Positions 26,030 to 35,611 of a stretch of DNA of 64,000 nucleotides are shown here, in pieces. Location: positions 319,904 to 383,903 of the forward strand of contig CAZNPE010000001.1 of the NCBI GenBank assembly GCA_964575275.1, read 5' to 3'. The translations under genes and the position numbers were made by a program. The number at the start of each line of letters is the position of its first letter. Within the stretch, counting starts at the first letter, position 1. Source of the stretch: an uncultured Candidatus Peribacteria bacterium (GTDB taxonomy: Bacteria > Patescibacteriota > Gracilibacteria > Peribacterales > Peribacteraceae). The notes under the pieces are model-generated. The model made no database searches and had not been told where the DNA came from. It saw nothing but the letters and a program-made list of their open reading frames with translations.

Positions 26030-26559
26030 TCAGTAGTGCGTGCTGCATGCTTGGTAAGTAGATCTATCGTGATTCGTACCTGGTCGCGAAAGGCGACATG
26101 TGGGTAGAGCTTGAGGTTGGCAACCTCCTCATACAGAGGATTACGCGTCTCGAGTAAGCTTCCTACCGCTTCCTCTGTGACGCCATCCTTGAACTCAGGA
26201 CGAGGCACCTTCGCTGCATTCAGGTGCTTATGCACCTTGGCGTGTTCGGCTTGAATCCACAACACTATAGCCTTTTCTTTGAGTGCCGCTCGAACGATAG
26301 GAGATTCCACAGCGCCTCCCCCCAGAATCACAATGTGATTGGGGAGGAGGGAGGAGCACACGATCTCTTCTTCCTTCTTCCGAAATGCCTCCCATCCATG
26401 AGTCTGAATATACACATGCTCTTTCCCGAACTTCTTTCGGAAGACGATGTCCGTATCAATTCGTTTTTTCTGTAATTTAGAAGCGAGACGCTTGCCAAAA
26501 TTAGACTTCCCAATGCCATTCATACCGACGATGGCGATGCATTGATCAGGGACTGTCAT
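26026..26559 (-). CDS. aroK: Shikimate kinase-like P-loop kinase
   Basis: IAIVGMNGIGKSNFGKRLA and DTD motifs, 177 aa. Confidence 0.7.
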   Translation of the reverse strand: MTVPDQCIAIVGMNGIGKSNFGKRLASKLQKKRIDTDIVFRKKFGKEHVYIQTHGWEAFRKKEEEIVCSSLLPNHIVILGGGAVESPIVRAALKEKAIVLWIQAEHAKVHKHLNAAKVPRPEFKDGVTEEAVGSLLETRNPLYEEVANLKLYPHVAFRDQVRITIDLLTKHAARTTD

Positions 26560-26582
26560 GAAAACAGCATACCATCGAACAC

Positions 26583-26771
26583 TTACTGTCCGAGCTGCTT
26601 CATCATATCGGCCTGGTTCTTCTTGTAGGCATCGGCAGCGTCCTGCGCAGACTGCGTTGATTGGGTGGCAGATGTGCTCATGTCACCCTGTTGATTGAGC
26701 ATGTAATAATAGATCAGTCCGCCAACACCGAGGCCAATGACAAGCATGAGGAGAAGTCGCATAGGCCACAT
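26583..26771 (-). CDS. Small membrane protein, hypothetical
   Basis: 62 aa with one clear TM helix (LLLMLVIGLGVGGLIYYYM) and a polar tail. Confidence 0.45.
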   Translation of the reverse strand: MWPMRLLLMLVIGLGVGGLIYYYMLNQQGDMSTSATQSTQSAQDAADAYKKNQADMMKQLGQ

Positions 26772-26857
26772 CCTACAATTTCGCCTGGAGCCTGTGCAAT
26801 GAACATTGTCTGGCCTACTCAGACCAAAGGTTTTTCGCTACACTATCGCCTCAACCT

Positions 26858-28309
26858 ATGAATCATGGCGATACACTTCTTCGGTTTCAGGGCGTGAGTT
26901 TTAGCTACGACCACAAAAAACCAATCCTTTCGGAGGCAAGTTTCTCCGTGCGCGAGAATGCCAAGCTCACGATTGTGGGACAGAACGGTGCCGGAAAGAG
27001 CACGATCTTCAAGTTGATGACAGGTGAGCTCAAACCTCAGGACGGTGAAATTCATATCAAAAAAGGAGCAACGATTGGTATCGCGAAGCAGGTCATCCCA
27101 GCGCGCGACTTGGAGATGACGGTCGAGGAATTCTTTGCGACTGCATTCAGCGAGAAGAAGTACGATTTGGAGCGCGACATCGATCGCGTACTCGACGTTG
27201 TAAACTTTCCTGTGAAGCACGACCGAAAGCTCAAGGATCTCTCCGGAGGCCAGAAGGCGCGATTACTCTTGGCATACGCCATCATTCAGGAGCCAGATAT
27301 TCTTCTCCTTGATGAGCCGACCAACAACTTGGACAAGGCGGGGATCGATCACCTCACAGGATTTCTCATTGGGTACGACAAAACGTGTATCGTCATCTCG
27401 CACGACTCAGCATTCTTGAACTCCTTCACACACGGTGTCATCAACCTCGATGCGTTCACGCACACCACGCAGCAGTACGTGGGTGACTATTTCGATGTTG
27501 TTGCTGAGATCGAAGCGCAGATCGAAGCCGAGAAACAGCAGAACGCCCGCATGCAGAAGAGCATTCAGGATCGCAAAGATAAGATTAACTTCTTCGCGCA
27601 CAAAGGAGGAAAGATGCGCAAGCTTGCCAGTAAAATGCGCGATGACGTCGCCGAAGCCGAAGAGAACATGGTCGATGTTCGTCAGGAGGATAAAACGATT
27701 CCGCCCTTCAAGATCCAGGCCACGGATTACTCCGGTGCTGTCGTGAAGATTACGAGTCTCACCGTCATGGATGGTCACAAGCCAGTGAAAAAGAAGGTAG
27801 AGCGCATCGTGCGTCGAAGGCACCGCATGCGCATCACGGGTCCGAACGGCATTGGTAAAACGACACTTCTTGAATCGATGGTGAATGGCACCGAGAAGGG
27901 TGCCGTCATCCAGCCTGATGTAAAGGTTGGCTACTACCGTCAGGATTTCTCTGGTCTGCCAATGGAGAAGACAGTGTACGACGCGTTGGCCGCAGCGATG
28001 GATCCTGCCATTCACAATGAGATCTACTCTGTCGGTGCTCGTTTCCTACTTACGGCTGACAAAATGCAAACGAAGGTAGAATCTCTCTCGGAAGGACAGA
28101 AGGGGCTACTGTGCTTCGCACGATTCCTCCTTCAGAAGCCGAATCTTCTCATCTTGGATGAGCCGACGAACCACATTAACTTTCGTCACTTGCCGGTGAT
28201 CGCTGACGCTCTCAATGAATATGAAGGCGGCATGATTATCATCAGTCACGATCAAGAATTCATCGATAAACTTCATGTCGATGAAGAGTTGGATTTGGGA
28301 GCACTCTAG
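26858..28309 (+). CDS. ABC-F family ATPase (two ABC domains, no TMD)
   Basis: GQNGAGKST / LSGGQKARL / LLLDEPTN in the first domain, and GPNGIGKTT / LSEGQKGLL / LILDEPTN in the second. Confidence 0.88.
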   Translation: MNHGDTLLRFQGVSFSYDHKKPILSEASFSVRENAKLTIVGQNGAGKSTIFKLMTGELKPQDGEIHIKKGATIGIAKQVIPARDLEMTVEEFFATAFSEKKYDLERDIDRVLDVVNFPVKHDRKLKDLSGGQKARLLLAYAIIQEPDILLLDEPTNNLDKAGIDHLTGFLIGYDKTCIVISHDSAFLNSFTHGVINLDAFTHTTQQYVGDYFDVVAEIEAQIEAEKQQNARMQKSIQDRKDKINFFAHKGGKMRKLASKMRDDVAEAEENMVDVRQEDKTIPPFKIQATDYSGAVVKITSLTVMDGHKPVKKKVERIVRRRHRMRITGPNGIGKTTLLESMVNGTEKGAVIQPDVKVGYYRQDFSGLPMEKTVYDALAAAMDPAIHNEIYSVGARFLLTADKMQTKVESLSEGQKGLLCFARFLLQKPNLLILDEPTNHINFRHLPVIADALNEYEGGMIIISHDQEFIDKLHVDEELDLGAL

Positions 28310-29071
28310 TTACTCTTGATCCGCATCATTGCGAAGATCAATCAAGCCTTTGAAAGATGGTCTCTGTACTTTTGGACGATTGCCATCGTATGGAAGCTTT
28401 TGCTTCCCTTTACCGCCAAGCGCTTCTTTGATGAGATCTTCCAAATCAGGGAAGAGCTGGATGAGCCCCTGAACTACTGGTTCGGATTTCTGTTGCCACC
28501 GCATGCAAAAATCTGCAAGAGCCCCCTGAAGCCATGATTTTGACCCATCGGGAAAGTTGTCTGTACGCAAGCATGCGTAGCGCACGACTTCTTGTGCATG
28601 CTCGAGAAGTATTCTGAATCCTGCGAGTGCAGCTTTTTCTCCTGGTTCTAGCGGGCGAGAGTCCATCCATTCGTAAAATTCTTCCAGTCCGACACTGGTG
28701 TATGGAGCCTCTGCTTCACTGATCACAACTTCACGAGGCTCTCTGCCCAGAGGATTCTCGCGCATCAGGCGAAGAAGTCCCACTCGTGCATCTTTCAAAT
28801 GTTCGGCAAGCCACTCAAGCGCTTCTGCTTCTTCGTCATGCCTGCCTGCATTCACCATGTCAATAATGTCATCGAGTGCATGGAGCGCGAGGGCGAAAGG
28901 GGAACGGTCGAGACCTTCCGGAGTATGAACTCTCATCAGTCGAATGATTGCATCGCGTAGTGCGCTCAGATCAACAGTGCGTCCGAACGCACGCGCTACT
29001 TCTTGGCTACCAAGAGGCGCAAGCTGATCAGCCGTTTCTGTCTGCCGAATGAGTTCAGTTTTGTTCGTCAT
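28310..29071 (-). CDS. Hypothetical protein (orphan, helical)
   Basis: The start is set to the ATG at 29071 (MTNKTEL...), which forms an ATGA overlap with the upstream gene's stop. No motif was recognised. Confidence 0.55.
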   Translation of the reverse strand: MTNKTELIRQTETADQLAPLGSQEVARAFGRTVDLSALRDAIIRLMRVHTPEGLDRSPFALALHALDDIIDMVNAGRHDEEAEALEWLAEHLKDARVGLLRLMRENPLGREPREVVISEAEAPYTSVGLEEFYEWMDSRPLEPGEKAALAGFRILLEHAQEVVRYACLRTDNFPDGSKSWLQGALADFCMRWQQKSEPVVQGLIQLFPDLEDLIKEALGGKGKQKLPYDGNRPKVQRPSFKGLIDLRNDADQE

Positions 29072-29463
29072 AGAAGCTTTGGGTGACTGAGTTTTTGAGT
29101 CGTCGGAAGCTTTGACCAGCACGGAACCATGACGCTCCCCACCCAGTTTGCTGTGGTTGCAGCAATATCCTCCGCAGAAATATTGCGAGTAATCTCTGGA
29201 TGAATAGCATCCGCTGCTTCCTTGAGGGCATCTTCAGCACATAAAATATCAACAATGAAAGCCAAAGCCTGGCGTGTTGTTTTCACTCCGATTGCCGCCA
29301 GCCCCTCAATCACTCGCGCACGCTTGATGGGATACCCCTCAACCATGTTGTGTTGGATCGCTTTGCTGACCTTTGCAACAAGTGCTGCTTGATCGCTATC
29401 AATGGAGCCAGTCGAAAGAGGAGTGGCGCTCCGAGGGGGGCGTCCCAATGTTGGGGCTTTCAT
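29068..29463 (-). CDS. Hypothetical protein (orphan)
   Basis: 131 aa, translationally coupled to the next gene through an ATGA overlap. It has its own consensus promoter. Confidence 0.55.
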   Translation of the reverse strand: MKAPTLGRPPRSATPLSTGSIDSDQAALVAKVSKAIQHNMVEGYPIKRARVIEGLAAIGVKTTRQALAFIVDILCAEDALKEAADAIHPEITRNISAEDIAATTANWVGSVMVPCWSKLPTTQKLSHPKLL

Positions 29464-29469
29464 ATGAAT

Positions 29470-29497
29470 ACACTATTCACTTTTTTATTTTTGTCAA
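29470..29497 (-). promoter_or_regulatory. Promoter TTGACA-16-TAGTGT, -10 box 6 nt from the ATG
   Basis: The minus strand reads TTGACAaaaataaaaaagtgaaTAGTGTattcatATG. Confidence 0.6.
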
Positions 29498-29512
29498 ACT
29501 TTGCTTTTGGAA

Positions 29513-30409
29513 TTATGGCTTCAAAAGTCCAAGCTCCAGTGATACTTCCTCTGTCCAGTCCCAGAGTTTTGGAATGAATCTTTTTCCTGGGCATCCAAAA
29601 CGACCTTCGGATGTGTCGAGTTTATCTCGTGGAATATCGTGCAGCGCGTCCTTTCCAATAAAGGTGAGTGTTCCATCTGCATCGATATTAAATGCCTCCT
29701 CATTGCTCATTGGCTCAATTTCCTCATGATCGTTACGCGTTCGGCGAATCCTTCTTTCCAGCGCAAGAAGCTCGAAGCGATTGAAGTCAGCCCACAAAAG
29801 GATGAAGCGAAGTGCGCTTCGGTGTGTTTGTAGTAACTGCTCGGAAGAAGGGGCGACGCCGAATTTATTCTGATAAAGACGAATGCCGAGTTCCTGCACT
29901 CCAAGTCCAATGTCCGCAGTTTGTGCTGTTGCGGATGCAATGCGTTTCGTCACTGTACCGTACTTTGTACGCATCTCAGGCTCCATGAGTTCGTTCATAC
30001 GCTTGTAATCAACATCGTTGCTTTCAATCATCTTTTCTTCCCATAGCTCTCCTGCAACATAAATGGTCTTACGCATTTCGCGGTACAAAGTACTTACTCG
30101 CTGAATAGCAGTGCCGCTTGCTCGCTCTGCATCAACTGTGCGCAGAAAGTCATCATCAATTGCAGATTCGATACCTGTATCGGTGCGTCGCACTAAGCCC
30201 AAGAATACTTGAGATCGAAATGCGAGAATATTATCGACAACACCAGGACAACCGCTCTCAAAAAGCAGTCCATAAAATTCCTTTTTACGATCAAGAGGTG
30301 ACAGAGGCGTGTCCAGACTTTGAACGAATCTCTCTGTCTTGAGTCGGTCGGGGCATTCGTTCGCCGCATGAAGCACATCGTAATCGTGCTTGTTGATTGA
30401 AAGTTTCAT
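29513..30409 (-). CDS. Hypothetical protein (orphan, helical)
   Basis: 298-aa ORF with no Walker, nuclease or other recognisable motif. Confidence 0.6.
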   Translation of the reverse strand: MKLSINKHDYDVLHAANECPDRLKTERFVQSLDTPLSPLDRKKEFYGLLFESGCPGVVDNILAFRSQVFLGLVRRTDTGIESAIDDDFLRTVDAERASGTAIQRVSTLYREMRKTIYVAGELWEEKMIESNDVDYKRMNELMEPEMRTKYGTVTKRIASATAQTADIGLGVQELGIRLYQNKFGVAPSSEQLLQTHRSALRFILLWADFNRFELLALERRIRRTRNDHEEIEPMSNEEAFNIDADGTLTFIGKDALHDIPRDKLDTSEGRFGCPGKRFIPKLWDWTEEVSLELGLLKP

Positions 30410-30415
30410 TATCTA

Positions 30416-30444
30416 CTTATAAACATAGAAATATTTTCTGTCAA
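30416..30444 (-). promoter_or_regulatory. Promoter TTGACA-17-TATAAG, -10 box 6 nt from the ATG
   Basis: The minus strand reads TTGACAgaaaatatttctatgttTATAAGtagataATG. Confidence 0.65.
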
Positions 30445-30542
30445 TTATTCCATTATCGATTCATAGGATTTGGGCGACCGTCCGCGTTTAGGTACGACAA
30501 AGCAACATCTCGGCGTCGTCCGCCTAGCCGGACGAAGTCGGA

Positions 30543-30616
30543 TGGAGCGGGTAAGGGGAATCGAACCCCTATCTGCGCCATGGCAAGGCGCCGTACTACC
30601 ATTGTACGATACCCGC
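30543..30616 (-). tRNA. tRNA-Gly (anticodon GCC), CCA encoded
   Basis: Minus strand: GCGGGTA/TC/GTAC-AATGGTA-GTAC/G/GCGCC-TTGCCAT-GGCGC/AGAT/AGGGG-TTCGATT-CCCCT/TACCCGC-T-CCA. Confidence 0.9.
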
Positions 30617-30678
30617 AGAAAGAAAAGAGCCACGGAATGGTACACAGCTGGAGCCAATCTCGCAAGGATCGGCAGCGT

Positions 30679-30936
30679 TTACACGTCGATAGGCTCGTTC
30701 TTTGCCATTTCAGCTCGTATGGACTTGGTTAGCCGCAGGAAGACGCCTATCGCGATGAGGAGTGCTACTGCATCGTCGGTCATTCCCAGAAGCGGCAAGA
30801 TGTCTGGAATGAGATCGATGGGGAAGATGCCGTACAGCAGACCAGCGATCAGTATTCCTTTTGCCTGGAGAGGTGTCTTGGGGTGGAAAAGTGCGCCGAA
30901 TGCAATGCGGACTTTTTGAGAGAAGGTACGCTTCAT
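30679..30936 (-). CDS. YkvA/DUF1232-family membrane protein
   Basis: AGLLYGIFPIDLIPDILPLLGMTDDAVALLIA is the DUF1232 signature. Confidence 0.75.
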   Translation of the reverse strand: MKRTFSQKVRIAFGALFHPKTPLQAKGILIAGLLYGIFPIDLIPDILPLLGMTDDAVALLIAIGVFLRLTKSIRAEMAKNEPIDV

Positions 30937-30980
30937 AGATCCAGTCTACAGTTACCCATTCATGTATTACACTTCTTCCT

Positions 30981-31343
30981 ATGAAAACATGCAGCAGAGG
31001 ACACCAATTTCATGGTAGTGAGCCATGCCCTGTGTGCTGGCCTGGCTATCGAAAATTCAAAGTGCGAACGAAAGTTTGGCTGTACCCAGGAGAGGCAGCG
31101 TGGCGTTTTGCAAGCGTTCCCCCAAAAATTGCGAACGTCATTCGTGAACGTTTTTCAGAGTTTTCCAGGGGGTGGGGATCGCTGCCGGTGACAGTGACGA
31201 TCGGAAAGACATGCTGGAAGACATCCATCTTTCCGGATAAGAAAACAGGTTCATATCTACTGCCACTCAAAGCTCATGTTCGAAAAGAAGAAGAGATAGA
31301 AGCAGGCGATACAATTACTCTACACATTGATATTCGCGAATAA
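30981..31343 (+). CDS. DUF1905 domain protein with N-terminal CxxH/CxxC zinc-ribbon-like segment
   Basis: AAWRFASVP...RGWGSLPVTVTIGKTCWKTSIFPDKKTGSYLLPLKAHVRK. TACACT sits 7 nt upstream of the ATG. Confidence 0.7.
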   Translation: MKTCSRGHQFHGSEPCPVCWPGYRKFKVRTKVWLYPGEAAWRFASVPPKIANVIRERFSEFSRGWGSLPVTVTIGKTCWKTSIFPDKKTGSYLLPLKAHVRKEEEIEAGDTITLHIDIRE

Positions 31344-31347
31344 ATCT

Positions 31348-31857
31348 ATGAAAGCTCTCCGTACCATCGTCGTGAAAGATACAATGCAGAGAGGGAAGTA
31401 TGTCTGCACCGAACCTATAGGCAAGAATTTCGATGAGAGATTCAAGCCAGAGCTCACGCCAAAACAGATGTTGGAGCTCGGTGTATTTGGAGGGAAATAC
31501 ATGACCGATTGCCGCAAAGAGTTTCCTGCCGATTGGTTCAAGAAAGCCAAGCTCTGCCACGAGAAGCATGATGCAAAACTTAACTACTTTGGCGTGAATG
31601 CGAGTCAGCCCCTGTCTGTTTGGCGCAAGAATGGGTGGATTCACCCAGCTGATCCTCGTGGCTGGTTTCAGTGGTACTGCCGGTACACCATGGGGAGGCG
31701 CATGCCGCACGAAGATGACAGGCAGATCAAACGATGGATTGCGATTCGTCGTCACATTATGCAGATCAAGAAAGGATGTCACCCTGGCGATATGAGTTGT
31801 CGTAGACGACAGCGACAAGCTGTCATGCACTGGGCGTACGACAGCCGAAAGATTTGA
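31348..31857 (+). CDS. Conserved hypothetical protein
   Basis: The motifs FGGKYMTDCRKEFPADWF and DPRGWFQWYCRY look like a widespread uncharacterised family that I cannot name. The start is set to the ATG at 31348, 4 nt after the upstream stop. Confidence 0.55.
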   Translation: MKALRTIVVKDTMQRGKYVCTEPIGKNFDERFKPELTPKQMLELGVFGGKYMTDCRKEFPADWFKKAKLCHEKHDAKLNYFGVNASQPLSVWRKNGWIHPADPRGWFQWYCRYTMGRRMPHEDDRQIKRWIAIRRHIMQIKKGCHPGDMSCRRRQRQAVMHWAYDSRKI

Positions 31858-31870
31858 TACACTGTCATCC

Positions 31871-33055
31871 ATGCCGAAGAAGCATGTGTCACTGAATCCA
31901 GAATTACTCCTGCCGCCAAAAGAGCGGAAAGAGGTGAAGCCATCGGTACGAAAGAGGCTTCAGAATATGACAAAGTCCATCGCTCGATTCATTTCCAGAA
32001 AAGGAAGCGATGGTGCCTACCAGGAGTCGCAGAACACTGCAGGTTCTTTAGGTCTTCACTATGTTCATCCGCAAGCGCTGTCTCTATCGCGGCGCAAGAA
32101 AGGCAAGCACTATCAATTTCTCGACACGAAAGGTCGAGTCATCAAAGACAAGGCGACGATAGAGCGCATTCGACACCTTGCCATTCCGCCAGCATGGAAA
32201 AATGTGCGTATCGCAAAAGATGCAAATGCGCATTTGCAAGTCCTCGGAGTTGACGCTCGCGGTCGTACGCAGTATCGCTATCACCCTCTGTGGCGTACCG
32301 TGCGTGAGATCACGAAGTTCCATCGTATGGTTCCGTTTGGAAAGGCACTACCGCGCATTCGCAAGCATGTGTTTGCTGATCTCAAAAAGTCGGAGCTCTC
32401 TCGCGACAATATTCTTGCCACTGTCGTTCGCTTGCTTGACCTCACACTCATTCGCGTCGGCAATGAAGAGTATGCAAAAGATAATCATTCCTATGGTCTT
32501 ACCACCATGGAAGATCGTCATGTGAAAGTGAGGGGGAAGACCATTCGTTTTCACTTCCGTGGCAAGAGTGGAAAAATGCACGAAGTCGACGTGCATGATC
32601 CACGATTGGCAAAAATTGTGAGTGATGCACAAGAACTTCCCGGCCAGCATCTCTTTCAATATCAGGATGAAAAAGGTGAGGTGCATGCGGTGACATCCAC
32701 GGACATCAATGAATACTTGGCACAGATCACGGGGCATCACTTCACTGCGAAGGACTTCCGTACATGGGCAGGCACTGTCACTGCGGCGCTCTGTTTAAGT
32801 GAGTGTGCCGATGCAACAGGTAAGACTATGTTGAGGCAAAACATCCATCGTGCAGTGACAGAAGTCAGTCGCAAGCTTGGCAATACGCCAGCGGTCTGCA
32901 AAAAGAGCTACGTTCATCCTCTCATTTTGCAGAGTTATGAATCTCAAGTCTTGTGCGATACGCTCCACAGACATACCCTCAATATTCGTCGTAGTGCGCT
33001 CAAGGGAATGAGCCTTGGAGAAGCGGCAGTCCTCGCATTTTTGAGCGCAAAATGA
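31871..33055 (+). CDS. DNA topoisomerase IB (bacterial/poxvirus type)
   Basis: YRYHPLWR, LIRVGNEEYAKDNHSYGLTT, IRFHFRGKSGK, FTAKDFRTWAGT and LGNTPAVCKKSYVHP (catalytic Tyr context). TGATACACT sits 7 nt upstream of the ATG. Confidence 0.8.
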   Translation: MPKKHVSLNPELLLPPKERKEVKPSVRKRLQNMTKSIARFISRKGSDGAYQESQNTAGSLGLHYVHPQALSLSRRKKGKHYQFLDTKGRVIKDKATIERIRHLAIPPAWKNVRIAKDANAHLQVLGVDARGRTQYRYHPLWRTVREITKFHRMVPFGKALPRIRKHVFADLKKSELSRDNILATVVRLLDLTLIRVGNEEYAKDNHSYGLTTMEDRHVKVRGKTIRFHFRGKSGKMHEVDVHDPRLAKIVSDAQELPGQHLFQYQDEKGEVHAVTSTDINEYLAQITGHHFTAKDFRTWAGTVTAALCLSECADATGKTMLRQNIHRAVTEVSRKLGNTPAVCKKSYVHPLILQSYESQVLCDTLHRHTLNIRRSALKGMSLGEAAVLAFLSAK

Positions 33056-33095
33056 ATAGATGGGACATCTGATGATTCAGCGGTAGAATCGCTGC

Positions 33096-33692
33096 ATGTC
33101 TTCCGATGCACTTCTCTCTCTCCTCCTCGAGTATCGGTACCTCATTATTTTTCCGTTAGCATGTTTTGAGGGGCCGGTCATTTCACTTGCGTGCGGCTTT
33201 TTAGTGTCGACCGGTATCTTGAATCCTTTCATTGTCTTTCCAATCTTTGTCTTGGGCGATGTACTGCCAGATCTCACGTATTTTTGGATTGGCCATCGTC
33301 TCAGTGCCTCTGGATTCATCACGAAATATGGTTCCAAGATGGGTATAACCGCCGGGAGATTTCAATCGGTCGAACACCTTTGGCATGCACACACTTTCAA
33401 GGCGATGATGATTACCAAATGGGCATACGGTCTCAGCACACCGCTTCTCATCTTATCCGGTGTTGTGCGTCTTCACACATCTCGCTTTGTACGATCCACA
33501 GTCTCCATTTCCGCGATCCAGTATGCAGTACTTCTTTCCATTGGATACTGGGCCGGGAAGTCCTATGAACAGTACGCGGGCTACGTAGAACATGTGTCGA
33601 TTATCGTTGGCTTAGGATTGGTTCTTGCTGGTGTCTTCTATGTTCTTGTGAGCCGATACGCACGAAAAAAAGTTCTCGAAGAACCACTCTAA
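33096..33692 (+). CDS. DedA-family membrane protein
   Basis: LLLEYRYLIIFPLACFEGPVISLACGFL and about 4 TM helices. TAGAAT sits 6 nt upstream of the ATG. Confidence 0.75.
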   Translation: MSSDALLSLLLEYRYLIIFPLACFEGPVISLACGFLVSTGILNPFIVFPIFVLGDVLPDLTYFWIGHRLSASGFITKYGSKMGITAGRFQSVEHLWHAHTFKAMMITKWAYGLSTPLLILSGVVRLHTSRFVRSTVSISAIQYAVLLSIGYWAGKSYEQYAGYVEHVSIIVGLGLVLAGVFYVLVSRYARKKVLEEPL

Positions 33693-33695
33693 TAT

Positions 33696-34850
33696 ATGCG
33701 TGTTGCTCTCTTTTCCGACTTTTCGTTGTCGCAAACCACAGGCATTAGCGACTCCATTCGTACTCTGAAGCGCGAGCTGAAGAAACGGGGGCATGAGGTG
33801 AGGGTATTTACTCCAACAAATAAAAATGAAGACGCACAGGATGACTGTATCGAGCTGCCGAGTATCGGTGTTCCGGGTGCGCCAGATTTCCGATTAATCA
33901 TGCCGTACTACGTTCCTGCGAGTGTAGAGCAGTTTCAACCAACGGTTCTTCATACGCACACGTTTGGTTCTGTTGGGCAGCTTGCTCTTCATACAGCGAG
34001 CCGCTTGAAGCTCCCCATTCTTGGCACGCAACACACGCTTCCGGCCGAGTACGCGCACTATTTGCACTTCGATTTCTCGTGGACACAGGACATGCTCTGC
34101 GCGTACGCCGCTCGATATTATGAACAGTGTGATCTCGTTACTACACCGACGCAGGCCGTGCTCGATGAACTGCGAAGGTACGAAGTCAAGAAAGAGATCC
34201 GCGTAATTTCCAATCCAATCGAGACAGATGTATTTCAGCCGCTTTCCAATCGAAACGAGTTCAAAAAGAAGTGGGGGATCACGAAGCCAGCAGTGCTCTG
34301 CTTCGGTCGATTAGCGAAAGAAAAGAACTTGGAAGAACTGTTCGAGGCTTTCACACTCGCTCGCAAAAAGATCGATGCCAGTTTGATTGTCGTCGGTGAT
34401 GGGGCGGAAAGGCAGGCGCTGGGAACGAAAGCTGAGACATTGGGTATTCAGAATGACGTCCACTTCCTTGGCATTCTTCGTTCAGAAGAATTGGTTGAAG
34501 CGATCAATGCAACGGATGTGTATGCCATCACGAGTCGTTCCGAAACTCAGTCCATGACGATGCTGCAATCGATGGCGTGCGGACTCCCCATTGTCGCCAT
34601 CGACAAGGGTGCGCTCCCTGAAATCATTAGCCATGAGAAGAATGGGTATGTTGTCGCAAGCGGGGACACCGAATCTTTCGCGTCTCGTTTGGTAGAACTT
34701 CTGAAAGACGCGTCACTTCGTGATCGATATGGCAAGCATGGTCGAGAGTACGTTTTGACACTCTCTCCACTATCCATTGCAGGGCAGATGGAAGCTGCAT
34801 ACGAGAAGGCGTGTCAGACTTTCTTATCTTCTTCGTCATCACGATCATGA
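33696..34850 (+). CDS. Glycosyltransferase family 4 (GT-B)
   Basis: MRVALFSD...SGISDSI N-terminus and the C-terminal motif ETQSMTMLQSMACGLPIVAIDKGALPE. Confidence 0.8.
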   Translation: MRVALFSDFSLSQTTGISDSIRTLKRELKKRGHEVRVFTPTNKNEDAQDDCIELPSIGVPGAPDFRLIMPYYVPASVEQFQPTVLHTHTFGSVGQLALHTASRLKLPILGTQHTLPAEYAHYLHFDFSWTQDMLCAYAARYYEQCDLVTTPTQAVLDELRRYEVKKEIRVISNPIETDVFQPLSNRNEFKKKWGITKPAVLCFGRLAKEKNLEELFEAFTLARKKIDASLIVVGDGAERQALGTKAETLGIQNDVHFLGILRSEELVEAINATDVYAITSRSETQSMTMLQSMACGLPIVAIDKGALPEIISHEKNGYVVASGDTESFASRLVELLKDASLRDRYGKHGREYVLTLSPLSIAGQMEAAYEKACQTFLSSSSSRS

Positions 34851-35611
34851 TGCCTTTCTGGCTCGTCGCGATAGAAATCGGCGTATGCATTGGCGTGGTC
34901 GTGTACCTCTCCATGCATTTGGATGCGCTGAAGATGAAAATTCTCACTGTCCACCGTGCTCACACTAAACTATGGAGTGACTCGTCCTTTCTGAGAGCAA
35001 CAGGAGCATCTCTCCTTGTGCTTCTTGTAGGACTGACACTGCCTGTTCTCTCTCGATACTACTTGAATGCATTTGCGCAGGATGCCGTGAGTACGCCGGA
35101 TTTTCTCCTAGATCGTCTGCCAACAACTGATATGGAAGGATTCATTATTTGGGGAGTGCCACTCACCATTGGCATCCTCCTCATCTTGTTATGGTTCTAT
35201 CCATGGCGCATCCCTTTTACCTTCAAGGCTATTGGCATCCTCTTTTTCATTCGTGCCTTTTTCATCGTGCTCACACCACTTGGTATTCGCGACGATCAGA
35301 TTGGTTTTTTAGGCAGCGGCTTATTCTTCGACCTTGCCTATGGAACCAATGATTTCTTTTTCTCCGGGCACGTCGCATTTCCGTTCCTCTTCGCACTTAT
35401 TTTCTGGCGAGAGCTTCACATCCGCCTTCTCTTTTTTGGTATTGCACTTCTCTTTGCGCTTGGAGTGCTCTTAGCACATACGCACTACTCTATTGATGTC
35501 TTCGCAGTTCCGTTCATTCTGCCGACCATCTACACTATCGTGGGTTTCTTCTTCCCAGAAGATGCAAAGAGATTGCATTTGGATCCTGCTACCTTTCATC
35601 AGTCTTCATGA
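34847..35611 (+). CDS. PAP2_C / sphingomyelin-synthase-like membrane phosphotransferase
   Basis: SGHVAFPF and HYSIDV motifs in a polytopic protein. The start is set to the ATG at 34847, which forms an ATGA overlap with the upstream stop (the ORF track gave GTG at 34811). Confidence 0.6.
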   Translation: MMPFWLVAIEIGVCIGVVVYLSMHLDALKMKILTVHRAHTKLWSDSSFLRATGASLLVLLVGLTLPVLSRYYLNAFAQDAVSTPDFLLDRLPTTDMEGFIIWGVPLTIGILLILLWFYPWRIPFTFKAIGILFFIRAFFIVLTPLGIRDDQIGFLGSGLFFDLAYGTNDFFFSGHVAFPFLFALIFWRELHIRLLFFGIALLFALGVLLAHTHYSIDVFAVPFILPTIYTIVGFFFPEDAKRLHLDPATFHQSS

